From the NCBI GenBank assembly GCA_963818475.1, contig CAWFSF010000006.1, forward strand, positions 1,152,001 to 1,216,000: a stretch of 64,000 bases of DNA. Direction: 5' to 3'. Below, piece after piece: positions 16,197 to 29,053 of this stretch. Below the pieces are notes generated by a model. It saw only the letters and a program-made list of their open reading frames with translations. It was not told the DNA's origin and made no database searches. This DNA is from Nitrospirota bacterium (lineage in GTDB: Bacteria; Nitrospirota; UBA9217). How positions within the stretch are numbered: the first letter of the stretch is position 1; each line of letters begins with the position of its first letter. The position numbers and the translations under genes were made by a program.

Positions 16197-17024
16197 TCAC
16201 TTTTTATTGATCCCCTGCCTGCAGACCGGCTCTTTATTGGCTATGCGCCTGTTCAGGATGGCAAGATTGTGCTGGTATTTGGTATTGTCAAAGCTCCAGG
16301 ACGATTTATGCCAGAGATGGAAAATAATGGCCAGTCCCCGCACAGAGCGCAGCCGTTTTCCCTGGTTCAGCGCACGGATGCCGATATCATTATCTTCAAT
16401 AGAACCGTCGAGAAACTCTTCATCGCATCCGTTGATGGCGATAAAAAGTTCTTTGTAAAGACTGAAGTTGCATCCCCAGACCCCGTCATTGTAGATCCGG
16501 TCCCGATGCATGGCCTGTCTGAGCCAGGGGTTCTTGATCTGGATCGATTCCGCCACTCTGCGCGAACGCCGCCGGGCCGCGTCCCATAACAGGCGAAAGG
16601 TGAACCGGTTCATCACTTTTCCGCTTTCCTGCAGTTTCAAACTTAATTGCTCCCCGATCTCAACGCGCTTGCCGCTCAAGACCGCATCAGGAGCGCTGTA
16701 GTCGCGGTGGGCTTTGATAAAATGACGGTGGGCCATGCAGTCGCCGTCAATGAAGATCAGATAGTCGCCTGAAGCCTGGCGGACCGTTTCGTTCAGGATC
16801 CGCGGTTTTCTGAAGCCGCTATCCTCCTGCCACACGTGCCTGATCGGGAAGCGGTGTTTGAGCAATTCCTGGAGCTCGCGCACCATGTCCCTGGTCTCCG
16901 GCCCGCTGCCGTCGTCGGCAATGAGCACTTCGGACGGCAGAACGCTCTGGCCGGCAAGGCTGAGGAGGCAGAGTTTCAGCGCCTTGGGGCGGTTATAGGT
17001 CGGTACGATAACCGATATGTTCAT
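16197..17024 (-). CDS. Glycosyltransferase family 2
   Basis: ISVIVPTYNRP, IADDGS, FIDGDC, WGCNFS, EDND. Confidence 0.92.
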   Translation of the reverse strand: MNISVIVPTYNRPKALKLCLLSLAGQSVLPSEVLIADDGSGPETRDMVRELQELLKHRFPIRHVWQEDSGFRKPRILNETVRQASGDYLIFIDGDCMAHRHFIKAHRDYSAPDAVLSGKRVEIGEQLSLKLQESGKVMNRFTFRLLWDAARRRSRRVAESIQIKNPWLRQAMHRDRIYNDGVWGCNFSLYKELFIAINGCDEEFLDGSIEDNDIGIRALNQGKRLRSVRGLAIIFHLWHKSSWSFDNTKYQHNLAILNRRIANKEPVCRQGINKK

Positions 17025-17144
17025 AAAACTGCCTCCATGATTGTACTAGGCCATCAGAAATAGTGCTGAAAAAAATCACCTATGCCTATTCTGCTGCGCT
17101 CAATCCCGTATTTGCTGATCGGGAAATGATGACGAGCTGCTTGG

Positions 17145-18237
17145 TCAGCGTTGCGCCGATAGGCTGGAAGTGATCTGTCGGTGCAATCGCCTCAGGTGTT
17201 CGGTTACGTTGCGGCGATTAACCAACACCCCGAAATCATCCGGCACCACTACCTGCGAATATCCGAATATCCTGTTGAGGATCATGTCGCCAACCATCGG
17301 GCGGTAATGCGATGTTTCATAGTAATAATAATTATTTGTAGTTATAGTATTTAAACCACTGAAATCATAGTAATCGGTCATTTCAGCAAGCTGTCTTTTA
17401 AATTCAAAAAAAAGCGGCAGGTCGGTGTCGAGATATGTTGTTTGATGGATGGGATTAATGAACACTATCAGCTTGATGTTATGCTCCTTTGCCAGGCTGA
17501 CAAGCTCTCCCACGTCACGAAGAGTATTTGATAGATAATCTCCGTCATAATGATCGGGTTTTTTGAATTTCTGGTCATTATTATGTTTCTCGACGTTGCT
17601 CTCTATTGCACTGTCGCACGTAGTGCAGAGGACTCGTCCTGAGTCGTAGATGTCGTACGTTACCTGTGGGGACGCTGCCCCATCGCTCTTCCTGTAATTG
17701 AATTGCATGTAATTGTTGAGCGAAGAAGAAACCTTTTTTATATTCATAAAATATTCGCCGTAAAAATCGACCTTACGCTTGCCTGAAACCAGGTAATGCG
17801 GCTGCCGGAGAAGATCGAATAGATGGCTTTCGGGATTGACCTGGTAGGAAAAATCATCAAGTGCGATGATGACGTTCTTTATGCGGATGCCGTTCTCTAT
17901 GAGCAGTTTGATATTATCCAGATGGTTTTTAGGCAACCCTTCTGAATATCCCATGTTGTAATAATGGCCAGTTTGGATCTTTTTATTGTCGATATGCAGC
18001 ACCCTTGAAGACCCGAAAAGCAATGAATCGTATCTGTCCTTGTGGTCGATGAGATATTTTATTTTTACAAATCTTTGGTTCGGTTCCTGGAATTGCCTTG
18101 AAAAATCGTCCCGTACGATGCCATAGTCATCGACAATATAGTTTATGAGCACAAGTATGCTGACAGCCGCGAGCGTGCAGATAGTCGTGGTGAAAAACCA
18201 TTTTTTGAACGATCCCTTTTTGGGTCCCAGCCGTCAT
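17145..18237 (-). CDS. Membrane-anchored SGNH/DltD-like protein partnering the MBOAT (probable frameshift near the start)
   Basis: LLFGSSR, VFINPIH, YDFSG, YYETSHY; ATG at 18237 overlaps the upstream TGA but is out of frame by 1. Confidence 0.65.
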
Positions 18238-19310
18238 ATTCGTCCTTCGAACCGCATGTTCTGGACGATCTTTTTCACTGCTTTCCAACTCCAGTGAGTG
18301 TCGTCCGCATAGTAAATATCTTTTTCTCCATCGATGATCGCTTGAGACAGAATTGCCTTGGTGTCGACGAAAATATATTTCTTGGGCAGTGGGCGTATAA
18401 GCTCGAAAAAAGTACTTTTGGGATAGGGATTGTCGACGATGTAATCCCGGTACATATTGTATTTATCCGGAGCCGGCATGAAATAGAGTGTTATTCCCTG
18501 TTTTGCGAGGAGATTTGCCAGGACGTTGAGGTTGTCATTTAATTTTATGACGGCCTGCTTATTTGCTGTCGGGATATTCCTAACATCTTCGTCTAAAAAA
18601 AGCAGCCGATGATCATTCTTAACGCTGAACAACGAGGCAGTAAGATCGCGGGCATGCACGGAAGAATTGAAAGCATGATCGGAAAAGTTATATAAGATCG
18701 TGTTCCGAACGAACTTGACGTTTCCCGTATTGATGAAGTTGATCTTCGGATAGTTCGATATACACTTCGCATCTCGATAATAGTGCTCTACAGCGTCAAG
18801 CGCCATGGTCGCCTGAAAGTCCACGTTCCGAGATCGAAGTTCGTGGTGCAGCAAAGACCGTTCGACCAATTCAAGGATCAGGAAGCGGGGCCGGACCTTT
18901 GCAAGGTAGCCGCTGTTCAGCAGTACGATCGTTGTTTCAAATTGAGTCTTACCGCGAAGAGGCTGGACGTTGAGCACATCCAGATCATGCAATGACGCTA
19001 TCCAATCCTGGTAGAACGGATCTTTTCCGCTTTTGGTGTTCGAAAAGGAATCGCCAAGTCGTTACGACATCGACATGTTGCTAGCCCGGTATAATCGGTA
19101 TTTTCAATATGTTTCCTCGGCAGGGTTATTTCGTATTTCCGGTAATGCTTGGAACCCGAGATATATCCCAATCCGGGTCAGGTCGCCATTGCAATATTTC
19201 TCGAACGTGAGTATATCCTCAGTAAAGAAGTGCCAGATCATAAAATTGAATATGATCAGCAGCGCGAGCGAGGCGATCAAAAGAAATGACCATTTTTTAT
19301 ACACGTTCAT
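18234..19310 (-). CDS. AlgJ/AlgX-like SGNH O-acetyltransferase partner, frameshifted
   Basis: N-terminal TM and GDLTRIG (ORF 19104..19310); LILELVER, MPAPDKY, YYADDTHWS (DxH) in ORF 18234..18992. Confidence 0.7.
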
Positions 19311-19318
19311 CTGCAGAC

Positions 19319-20775
19319 CTAGAAATTAAAATACAGAAACTCACTCACTTTATTCATGCTCATAACTGCATACACCGCCGCAACGATGGCAAACGCAACC
19401 GTTTTTCGGTTTGGCTTAAACGTCCGCATCATCTCGTCGGAATTTCTGACCAGCAGAACCACCAGCAGGGAACCGACGAGAACATGGCTCCACTGCCTGT
19501 TGATCGATTTGACAAACAGATCACCGAATTGGACCCCATGCTCCTTGAAAAATCCACCTTGGCTGCCGAGCGTGACAGTTTGATCCCGTTCATGCCGAAC
19601 ATGCCTGCGAGCACCTTGATCGCGTCGTCCCACGTTTTGGCACGGAAAAAGACCCAGGCTATATTCACGAAATTAAACGTGAGAAACCACGCAAGAAAAC
19701 GATGCATTTTAATGTTGAACCCTGACCAGATGCGGTGGATCACCGTGGCGGCTCCGTGCAGGAAACCCCAGAACACGAACGTCCATCCCGCCCCGTGCCA
19801 GATGCCGCCGATCACGAAGGTCGCCATCAGGTTTCGATAGGTTGCAAGATCACCGACACGGTTCCCTCCGAGAGGAATATAGATATAATCGCGGAGAAAC
19901 CGGCTCAAGGTCATATGCCATCGCCGCCAGAAATCGGCGATATCCGTTGCTTTATAGGGGGAGTTGAAGTTGAGCGGCAATCTGATGTTGAACATGAACG
20001 AGGCGCCAAGGGCCATATCGGTATACGCTGAAAAGTCAAAGTAGAGCTGGAGCGTATAGGAGAGACTCGTGATCCATGCTTCGATCAGGGTGAGCGTCTG
20101 CATGGAATCAAACCCGTGGTTCGCGAGCGGCGCAAGCTCATCGGCAAATACGACCTTTTTGAACAACCCGATAAAGAACAGGTACAGCCCAGGCGAGAGG
20201 TTCCGGTAATTAAGTGCCCGGTTTCTCATTGCTCCGAACTGAGGCATCATTTCCTTGTGATGAATGATCGGTCCGGCCAGCAGGTGCGGAAAGAAGGTTA
20301 CGAAGAGCGAGTAGCGTAAAAAATCATACTCTTTCGCATTTCCTTTATACATATCGACCAGAAAGGCAATCTGGGTAAAGGTGAAGAAACTGATTCCCAA
20401 GGGCAGAATAATATTCTGGACAGTCAGATCCCATCCCGCAAGCGTGTTGATGTTGGTGATAAAAAAACCGGTATATTTGTAATAGCCAAGAAGGAGGACA
20501 TCGACCACGATACCGAAGACCAGAATGGTTTTACCCGATATCCGCGCATGTCCCTGTCCGGATTTTCTGAGGGCCGAGCCGACAGCGAAGTTGAAAAGGA
20601 CGCTTCCGAGTATCAACGCCAGGTACTTTACATTCCACCAGCCGTAAAAGAAAAGCGAAGCAAGTACAAGCCATGCGGTTGCGGCCGTAGTAAGTTTTTG
20701 TTTATTCAGCAGGAAGTAGACGACGACGGTTATCGGCAGAAACAGAAAAAGATATTCGTAGGAATTAAAAAGCAC
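19319..20775 (-). CDS. MBOAT family O-acyltransferase (AlgI/DltB-like), one frameshift
   Basis: LPLGISFFTFTQI, AGPI, QLYFDFSAYTDMA, NFNSPY, FWRRWHMTLS, GIWHGA; C-terminal SEFLYFNF in another frame. Confidence 0.92.
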
Positions 20776-20835
20776 TCAAGCACCTTCTCGGATCTTATTT
20801 TCTTTGGAAATTAGCAGCTTAACAAAAAGTTTGCC

Positions 20836-20865
20836 ACTATACCATGCCGTTGCCTCGATGGTCAA
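20836..20865 (-). promoter_or_regulatory. Promoter of the MBOAT unit (TTGACC-N18-TATAGT)
   Basis: Consensus-like hexamers with TG extension, about 60 bp upstream of start. Confidence 0.55.
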
Positions 20866-21057
20866 GAATTAACGTGCAGGATAAGAAAGAAGCTCAGTTA
20901 ATTCGACTACTTGAGCTCGTATTCGGTTGTAAAAGCGAACGGCTGAAGCGGAACTGGTGCAGACGGCAACGTCACTGGTTGGGCGTATCAGGCAGGAAGT
21001 TAAGGCACGATCACAGTAGAACATTGGATTTGCAGGGTGCTACATACGCTGCTCTCC

Positions 21058-21963
21058 TTATCTCGTACCCGGCTTGAGGAAGGTCGGTCCATGAACCATG
21101 AACCACGGATTCAGAAGGTTCTCTTTATTGTACTTCAAAGGTTCAGAGGCATCGGTCCTCTGGACAGAACCGCCCGCTTCTTCCACAATGATCTGCCCTG
21201 CCGCCGTGTCCCATTCCATGGTGGGGCCGAGCCTCGGATAGATGTCCGCCCTGCCTTCGGCAACAAGGCAGAATTTCAGCGAACTGCCTGCAGGCACGAA
21301 ATCGACCTCTCCGTGCGTTTTTTTCATCGTGTTCACGAAGTTCTCCAGTTCCGGAGTCGCATGGGAGCGGCTGCCTGCAATGACCAGCTTGCGGGGCCTG
21401 GATTGGTCAATAACCGGTGCGTTAAGCGGCAGTCTCCGGGAATGATGCAGGATCGTCCTCAATCCGTCTTCTGCAACCTTTATTGACTCATCGAGAACGT
21501 CGCCAGCCTGCATGATATATGAGCCGAACCCTTGCGCTGCGAAGTAAAAAACTCCGGTCACCGGAATATAAATGACGCCCAAAACCGGTTTCGTTCGATG
21601 GATCAGCGCTATGTTCACCGTGAATTCGCCGTTCTTTTTTATGAACTCCTTGGTGCCGTCGAGCGGGTCAACCAGCCAGAAATATTCCCAGGCTCTTCTT
21701 TCGGAATAGGGGATACTTTTGCCTTCTTCGCTCAGAACAGGCAAATACGCAGAAGGCATATCGGGAGCAGCGGAAAAGGCTATTTGTGGCGAGTTCACTG
21801 GCGATGACCTTATGGGAAGCCTGGTCAGCCTCGGTAAGAGGTGACCGATCGTCCTTCAGGGTCACGCTTACCGTGCCGTTGTAGACTCTGAGAATCTCCT
21901 CCCCTGCTCTTTTTGCGGTCATGAGAACGCGGGGAAGGAGCGCAAAAACATAGTAGTCGGCAT
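21058..21963 (-). CDS. cysQ: 3'(2'),5'-bisphosphate nucleotidase, frameshifted; start approximate
   Basis: SPLTEAD, VLSEE, WLVDPLDGTKEF, GSSLKFC, TMEWDTAAG. Confidence 0.92.
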
Positions 21964-21964
21964 A

Positions 21965-22567
21965 TTAAACGATCCCCCGGACATTGAGATAGGCAAGTAT
22001 TTTAGCAACTGATTCATCGATGCTCAGGATGTCTGTTTCAAGAAGGAGCTCCGGATTCTCCGGAACCTCATAGGGGCTGGAAACGCCGGTGAAGTTCGAT
22101 ATTTCTCCCCGTTTCGCTTTCTGATACAGGCCTTTCGGGTCGCGTGTTTCGCAGACGTCCACGCTGCATTTCAAATAAACCTCAATAAAATCCTCCGGAC
22201 CGACCAATTCACGCACCATCTGCCGGTCGGTCCGATAGGGCGATATGAAGGCAGTAATGGTCACGATGCCCGCATCCACGAACAACTTGGAAAGTTCACC
22301 GATCCTGCGCAGGTTCTCATGCCGGTCTTCCGGCGAGAAGCCGAGGTTTTTATTCATGCCATGCCGGATGTTGTCGCCGTCAAGAACATAGGACCTTATG
22401 CGCCGCTGGAACAATTGAGACTCCAGTTCATGGGCGATGGTGGATTTACCCGAAGCGGAAAGCCCGGTGATCCAGATAAGGACGGACTTGTGCTGGTTCA
22501 TCCTCCAGCGGTCTTCCTTGGTTATGGTCGGGTGATGCCAGGTAACATTCGTGGCATGCTGCTTCAT
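21965..22567 (-). CDS. cysC: Adenylyl-sulfate kinase
   Basis: WITGLSASGKST, LDGDNIR, RDPKGLY, FTGVSSPYE. Confidence 0.96.
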   Translation of the reverse strand: MKQHATNVTWHHPTITKEDRWRMNQHKSVLIWITGLSASGKSTIAHELESQLFQRRIRSYVLDGDNIRHGMNKNLGFSPEDRHENLRRIGELSKLFVDAGIVTITAFISPYRTDRQMVRELVGPEDFIEVYLKCSVDVCETRDPKGLYQKAKRGEISNFTGVSSPYEVPENPELLLETDILSIDESVAKILAYLNVRGIV

Positions 22568-22604
22568 GGTTAACTTGTTCCCTTCTTGCAGCAGTTACAG
22601 CGCA

Positions 22605-24063
22605 TCATGACGTTTCCTTGATCACGCGGTGCACGATATCCTGCATCATGGTCTGGATCTTGTTGAGCGACGACGTGGAATCGGCCTCGAAGCGCATCAC
22701 CAGCACCGGTTGAGTATTGGACGCCCTGATGAGTCCCCACCCCTGTTCAAAAACAGCCCGAAGGCCGTCAACAGCGATGATCTCTCTTGGTTGCAAAGGC
22801 AAACCTGCAGGCTGATCAAAGAGGGCCTTTACCTTCTCAACGAACTCTGAACTTGATGTCATCGGGACAATCGAATCTGATCTCGGGAGTATTGAAGGTT
22901 TTGGGAAGATCTGCCAGGAGCGAACTGAGTGCCCCTGCCTTCCCAGGCGCGTTTTTACGCTTCTTAAGTATTTCCACGATCCGGCACGCGGCATAAATAG
23001 CGTCGTCGTAGCCGAAATACCGGTCCGCAAAGAACAAATGACCGCTCATCTCCCCTGCCATGGCGGCATGGACCTCTTTCATCCTGGCCTTGATCAGGGA
23101 ATGGCCGGTTTTCCACATGATCGCGGTCCCGCCGTGGCTCCGGATGTCGTCATACATGGCCTGCGAGCATTTGACCTCGGAAACAAAGGTCGCTCCCGGC
23201 ATGTTCTGCAGAATGTCCCGGGAGAAGATGACCATAAGCTGGTCGCCCCAGAGAATATTCCCCTGTTCATCGACAACGCCGATCCTGTCGGAATCCCCGT
23301 CAAAGGCGATGCCGAGATCGGCACTGGTTGTTCTGACCGTTTCGATCAACAGTGAAAGATTTTTCGGGACCGTGGGGTCAGGGTGATGGTTCGGGAACCT
23401 GCCGTCCGGTTCGGAGAAGAGTTCGATGACCTCACAGCCCATGGCGCGTATGATCTCCGGCGCTGCAAGACCCGCAGTGCCGTTTCCGGAATCCAGAACA
23501 ACCTTGAGCGGCACGTCGCGAAGGGCGGCAAATTGGTCCTTGAGATAGGCGATATAATCCGGCATGATGGATCGGTGGCCGACTGCTCCGCTGATTGCGG
23601 ATTTTCCTGCCCCCTGACCCCTGAACCCTGAACCCCGATTCATATCCCCTGCACCCGCTATCATGATCCGCTTCAGCTTCTGGATCTCTTCACCATAGAT
23701 CGTATCTTTGCCGACGCAGAGCTTGAAGCCGTTGAATTCAGCGGGGTTATGGCTTCCGGTGATCATCACCCCCGCCCCCGGTTTGAGATGGAAAAGCGAG
23801 AAGTAGAGCGCAGGCGTGGGACAGAGGCCGATGATCGTCACATCCATGCCCGCGGACGAGAGCCCCGAGACGATCGCATCGCACAAGCGCGGAGAGCTCA
23901 AGCGGGCATCATAGCCTACGGTCACGCTCGTGATCCCCTTCGGGTGCACATAGGCGGCGAAGGCCCGTCCCAGCATTTCGATGATCGGCGAGGTCAGATC
24001 GCGTTCAGCAATGCCGCGGATGTCATATTCACGGAATATGTCAGTATTGACCATATCGCTCAT
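22605..24063 (-). CDS. manB: Phosphomannomutase/phosphoglucomutase, one frameshift near 22845
   Basis: IFREYDIRG, ITGSHNP, FDGDSDR, GEMSGH, GWGLIRASNTQP. Confidence 0.92.
23606..23637. repeat. In-frame heptamer tandem repeat inside manB
   Basis: CCTGCCC CCTGACC CCTGAAC CCTGAAC CCCG, encoding RGSGFRGQGAG. Confidence 0.75.
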
Positions 24064-25520
24064 TTTTTCACCGGCGGCAGCGGGCTGCGATTGTTTTTTT
24101 CATGCCGGCTGTAATCGTCATCATACCGGACGATGTCGTCCTCTCCGAGATACTCTCCGTTCTGGACCTCGATGATCTGCAGAGGCACTTTACCGGGATT
24201 CTCCAGGCGGTGTTTGGTCGACACGGGGATGTACGTACTTTCGTTCGGATGGACATCGTAGACCTTGTCGTTGTTCGTAACCCGCGCAGTGCCCGCAACA
24301 ACGACCCAGTGTTCACTGCGATGATGATGCATTTGGTACGACAGCTTTGCACCGGGGTTGATCGCTATCCGTTTGATCTTGTAGCGGTCACCTTCTTCGA
24401 GAACGGTATAGTTCCCCCACGGCCGGTGCACGGTGCGGTGGATCAGGTGCTCTTCAGATTTGCGTTTTTTGAGCTCTTCGACGATCTTTTTAACCTCTTG
24501 CGCTTTATCCTTACTGCAGACAAGCGTCGCGTCAGGGGTGTCGACAACGATGGCGTCCTTCAGACCGATGGTCGCCACCAGTCTTTTTTCAGCATAAATG
24601 ATGGAATCCCTGCTTCCGAAGTCTATGACGTTGCCTGAGATGATGTTGCCTGATGCGTCCTTTTCTGAAACCTCATCCAGAGCAGACCAGCTGCCGACAT
24701 CAGACCATTCAATATCAGCCGGGATGACCGCAGCCCGGCCTGTCTTTTCCATGATTGCATAGTCAATGGAAATGGATTCGAGCTTTTTGAAGACTTTGGC
24801 AACCACAGCTGATTCCGTAACAGAGCCGATGCTTTCCTGGATCTCCATCAATCCCTGATACAGCGCGGGCTGCAGTTTCCTGATCTCCTCAAGAAAAGTG
24901 CTGGTCTTCCAGACGAACATGCCGCTGTTCCAGTAATAGGTACCCTGCCGGAGATATTCCTTTGCCGTCTCAAGGCCGGGTTTCTCGACAAAGGCTTCGA
25001 CCTTGCATACTCTCGCGATCTCTTGTTCTACGCATGGTCTGCCCGCTTTGATATACCCAAATCCCGTTTCCGGACGGCTCGGTTTTATGCCGAGCGTTAC
25101 CAAATAGTCCAGCTGCGCTGCAGCGCCGGCCGTTTTGATCATGCTCAAGAACTCATCGGTCTTTCGGATAGAATGGTCTGCCGATAATACGACCATGATC
25201 GCGTCGGGATCGATTCTGTTCAGATGCAGGGCCGCCAGTCCCAGCGCAGGTGCGGTGTTCCTGGCTTCCGGTTCGACAATAACGTTTGCAGCCCAGGAGC
25301 CGTCAAACCGCGCAGAGAGCTGTCTATCGATATCGTCGGCCAGTCCTTGATTGGTGACGACGAAAATGTTCTCTTTCGGGATAAGGGGCAGCACGCGGCC
25401 AACGGTCTCCTGAATAAGCGTATCGACCCCCCCTATCTTCAGGAGCTGTTTGGGCATTTTCTCACGGGAGAGCGGCCAGAACCGCGTACCGGAACCACCA
25501 GCCATGATAACAGCGTACAT
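24060..25520 (-). CDS. manC: Mannose-1-phosphate guanylyltransferase / mannose-6-phosphate isomerase
   Basis: MAGGSGTRFWPLSR..PKQ, WNSGMF, WSDVGSW, cupin domain RPWG...QMHHHRSEHW. Confidence 0.96.
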   Translation of the reverse strand: MYAVIMAGGSGTRFWPLSREKMPKQLLKIGGVDTLIQETVGRVLPLIPKENIFVVTNQGLADDIDRQLSARFDGSWAANVIVEPEARNTAPALGLAALHLNRIDPDAIMVVLSADHSIRKTDEFLSMIKTAGAAAQLDYLVTLGIKPSRPETGFGYIKAGRPCVEQEIARVCKVEAFVEKPGLETAKEYLRQGTYYWNSGMFVWKTSTFLEEIRKLQPALYQGLMEIQESIGSVTESAVVAKVFKKLESISIDYAIMEKTGRAAVIPADIEWSDVGSWSALDEVSEKDASGNIISGNVIDFGSRDSIIYAEKRLVATIGLKDAIVVDTPDATLVCSKDKAQEVKKIVEELKKRKSEEHLIHRTVHRPWGNYTVLEEGDRYKIKRIAINPGAKLSYQMHHHRSEHWVVVAGTARVTNNDKVYDVHPNESTYIPVSTKHRLENPGKVPLQIIEVQNGEYLGEDDIVRYDDDYSRHEKNNRSPLPPVKK

Positions 25521-25625
25521 AATAGAGAACCCTTTCTTTGCTGTGAGACGATAGCGATCCTATTTTAATCGCAACGCTAGAGGTATTCAGTGTGTCTGCA
25601 TGAAGGTAAACTTCACAGAAACAGT

Positions 25626-26561
25626 TTATTTTGCAGCTAGAAATAATTCATACGTTTTACGGATGCCTTCTTCGAGACCTACTGTTGCATTCCATCCAAG
25701 AGACCGCAAACGTGAAATATCCAGCAGTTTTCTGGGAGAGCCGTCTGGTTTCGTAACGTCATGCCGGATATCCCCCTCATACCCTACGATCCTTTTTACG
25801 AGTTTCGCGAGATCCTCAATGGTCACTTCGTTCCCCGTCCCAATATTGATAAACTCGCCGATATCCTGGTAGTCATACTTTTCCATGAGAAATATACACG
25901 CCTCTGCCAGGTCGTCCACGTAGAGGAATTCTCTAAACGACCGTCCAGTTCCCCAAATGGTCACCGCCGGCTGACGAGACGCTTTTGCCTCATGGAATTT
26001 TCGGATGAGCGCCGGCAGGACGTGGGATGTTTCAAGGTCATAATTATCGTTCGGCCCATACAGATTCGTAGGCATCACCGAGATAAAATTAGTTTGGTAC
26101 TGTTCATTGTAATACCGGCACAGTTTTATCGCAGCTATTTTGGCGATTGCATAGGGTTCGTTCGTCGGTTCCAGGAGACCGGTGAGAAGATGTTCTTCCT
26201 TCATTGGCTGTGGCGCGAACTTTGGATAAATGCACGACGAGCCGAGATTCAACAATTTTTTTACTTTGTACTTATACGAAGCGTTAATGATATTTGCCGC
26301 GATCATGAGGTTGTCATAAATGAATTCTGCTTTGTACGTATTGTTCGCGAGTATTCCTCCCACCTTGGCAGCAGCAAGAAAGACGTAGTCAGGACGTTCT
26401 TCCTCAAAAAAAGTTTCCACAGCGGCCTGTTGTCGCAGATCAAGCTCTTTACTGGTTCTCATCAGGAGATTGGTGTATCCTTCGCTCACCAGTTTTCTTT
26501 GAAGAGCGGAACCAACCAATCCCCGATGACCTGCAATGTATATTTTAGAATCTTGCTTCAC
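25626..26561 (-). CDS. fcl: GDP-L-fucose synthase
   Basis: [38 protein letters not shown]. Confidence 0.96.
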   Translation of the reverse strand: MKQDSKIYIAGHRGLVGSALQRKLVSEGYTNLLMRTSKELDLRQQAAVETFFEEERPDYVFLAAAKVGGILANNTYKAEFIYDNLMIAANIINASYKYKVKKLLNLGSSCIYPKFAPQPMKEEHLLTGLLEPTNEPYAIAKIAAIKLCRYYNEQYQTNFISVMPTNLYGPNDNYDLETSHVLPALIRKFHEAKASRQPAVTIWGTGRSFREFLYVDDLAEACIFLMEKYDYQDIGEFINIGTGNEVTIEDLAKLVKRIVGYEGDIRHDVTKPDGSPRKLLDISRLRSLGWNATVGLEEGIRKTYELFLAAK

Positions 26562-26621
26562 GCTAGCTCCTGACTGGGCAATCTTAAACAGTTCAACAAA
26601 AGTAATTCCCGCAACGGTAAC

Positions 26622-27839
<1,218 letters not shown>

Positions 27840-28040
27840 TTACGACGGATGCATTTCGGCAGAAACCAATTAAGTGCATCATCTCGGGATTCGTTATCGC
27901 GGATGATCTAGCAGTGAGCAATGCCTGACACCTGATGACTCCTTTTTCATATCGCTTCCAGAGTGCCTACAGAGGGTTTTGTTCCCGACGTTCTGGAGTG
28001 GACCGTTCACCACGAAACAATATCCGCAACCTTCGCCGTT

Positions 28041-29024
28041 TCAGCGACTGCAAAGCGCTATCTCTTGCCGGGGCAGACACATCGATTCAGGGCATCCCCG
28101 CAGATGCCAAAGAAAGAGGTACCCGAAAATGCCCCACCTCCGCCTCAATCGGCCCATGCAGAACAGCGTAAGAATATTCATCAAGGTGGAGCCGGACAGC
28201 TGGTATGTGACCTGGATGAACCCAAGCAGGAACAATGCACCGGTTCCGCTCAGACTGAGCTGCAGACTTTTCCGGAAAAAGAGATAGCGTGACCTCCATG
28301 ACTCAGCACGGGCTCTGAGACTGACGCTCTTTGAACTTCCGCCTCCCAGGTGATAGATCGCAGCCTGCGGCAGGTGATAGACAGGCCAACCGGCGCGGTG
28401 CATCCTGAGGCACCAGTCGATCTCTTCGTAAAAGAAGAAGTAATCCTCGTCAAGCATACCTGCTTCATTCATTGCTTCCTTCCGCACCATCATGCAGGCG
28501 CCGATAATGAAGTCCACAAGAACCGGGTCTCGGGACTCCTGTGTGCGGGACGCGAAAGAAGCACGGTAGGTCACTGGTGCGAAGAGCCTTAATAGACTTT
28601 TGCTTACAAATTCGCTGGCAAGCCTGGGAAACGAACCAATAGACGTTTGATGAGACCCGTCTTGGTTCAGCAGCTGCGGTCCGCACATGCCGGCTTTTCT
28701 ATGGGCATCCATAAAGGCCAGCATGCCATCCAGGGCGTTTTCCGTTAAGACCGTATCACTATTCAGGAGAACAGCAAAACGGCCGTTCATGAGGCGGATC
28801 GCCTTATTGTTCGCCCTGGCAAAACCCTCATTGCGCTGGTTGGCGATGATGATAACACCGGCATAGTGCTGTGCAACCGCCTCAACGCTCCCATCCGTGC
28901 TGCCGTTATCTACGACAAAGATCTCGAAGGTCGCTTGTTGTACGGTCCGGAAGATGGACGCGATGCAATCCATCAGCAGCTGCCGCGTGTTCCAGTTAAT
29001 AATGATGATGGAAAGGTCAGGCAT
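28041..29024 (-). CDS. Glycosyltransferase family 2 (WbbL-like)
   Basis: VVDNGSTD, NEGFARANN, LLNSD, DEDYFFFYEEIDWC. Confidence 0.92.
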   Translation of the reverse strand: MPDLSIIIINWNTRQLLMDCIASIFRTVQQATFEIFVVDNGSTDGSVEAVAQHYAGVIIIANQRNEGFARANNKAIRLMNGRFAVLLNSDTVLTENALDGMLAFMDAHRKAGMCGPQLLNQDGSHQTSIGSFPRLASEFVSKSLLRLFAPVTYRASFASRTQESRDPVLVDFIIGACMMVRKEAMNEAGMLDEDYFFFYEEIDWCLRMHRAGWPVYHLPQAAIYHLGGGSSKSVSLRARAESWRSRYLFFRKSLQLSLSGTGALFLLGFIQVTYQLSGSTLMNILTLFCMGRLRRRWGIFGYLFLWHLRGCPESMCLPRQEIALCSR

Positions 29025-29053
29025 GGATATCCGATCTAAGGCGTATTATGCTG

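Noticed and set aside
20870-21057. ~190-bp gap between cysQ and the MBOAT promoter as a possible ncRNA
   Set aside because: No recognisable structure, riboswitch or terminator by eye.
21089-21109. CCATGAA CCATGAA CCACGGA heptamers at the cysQ 3' end
   Set aside because: Only 2-3 units overlapping the conserved NPWF motif; could be chance.
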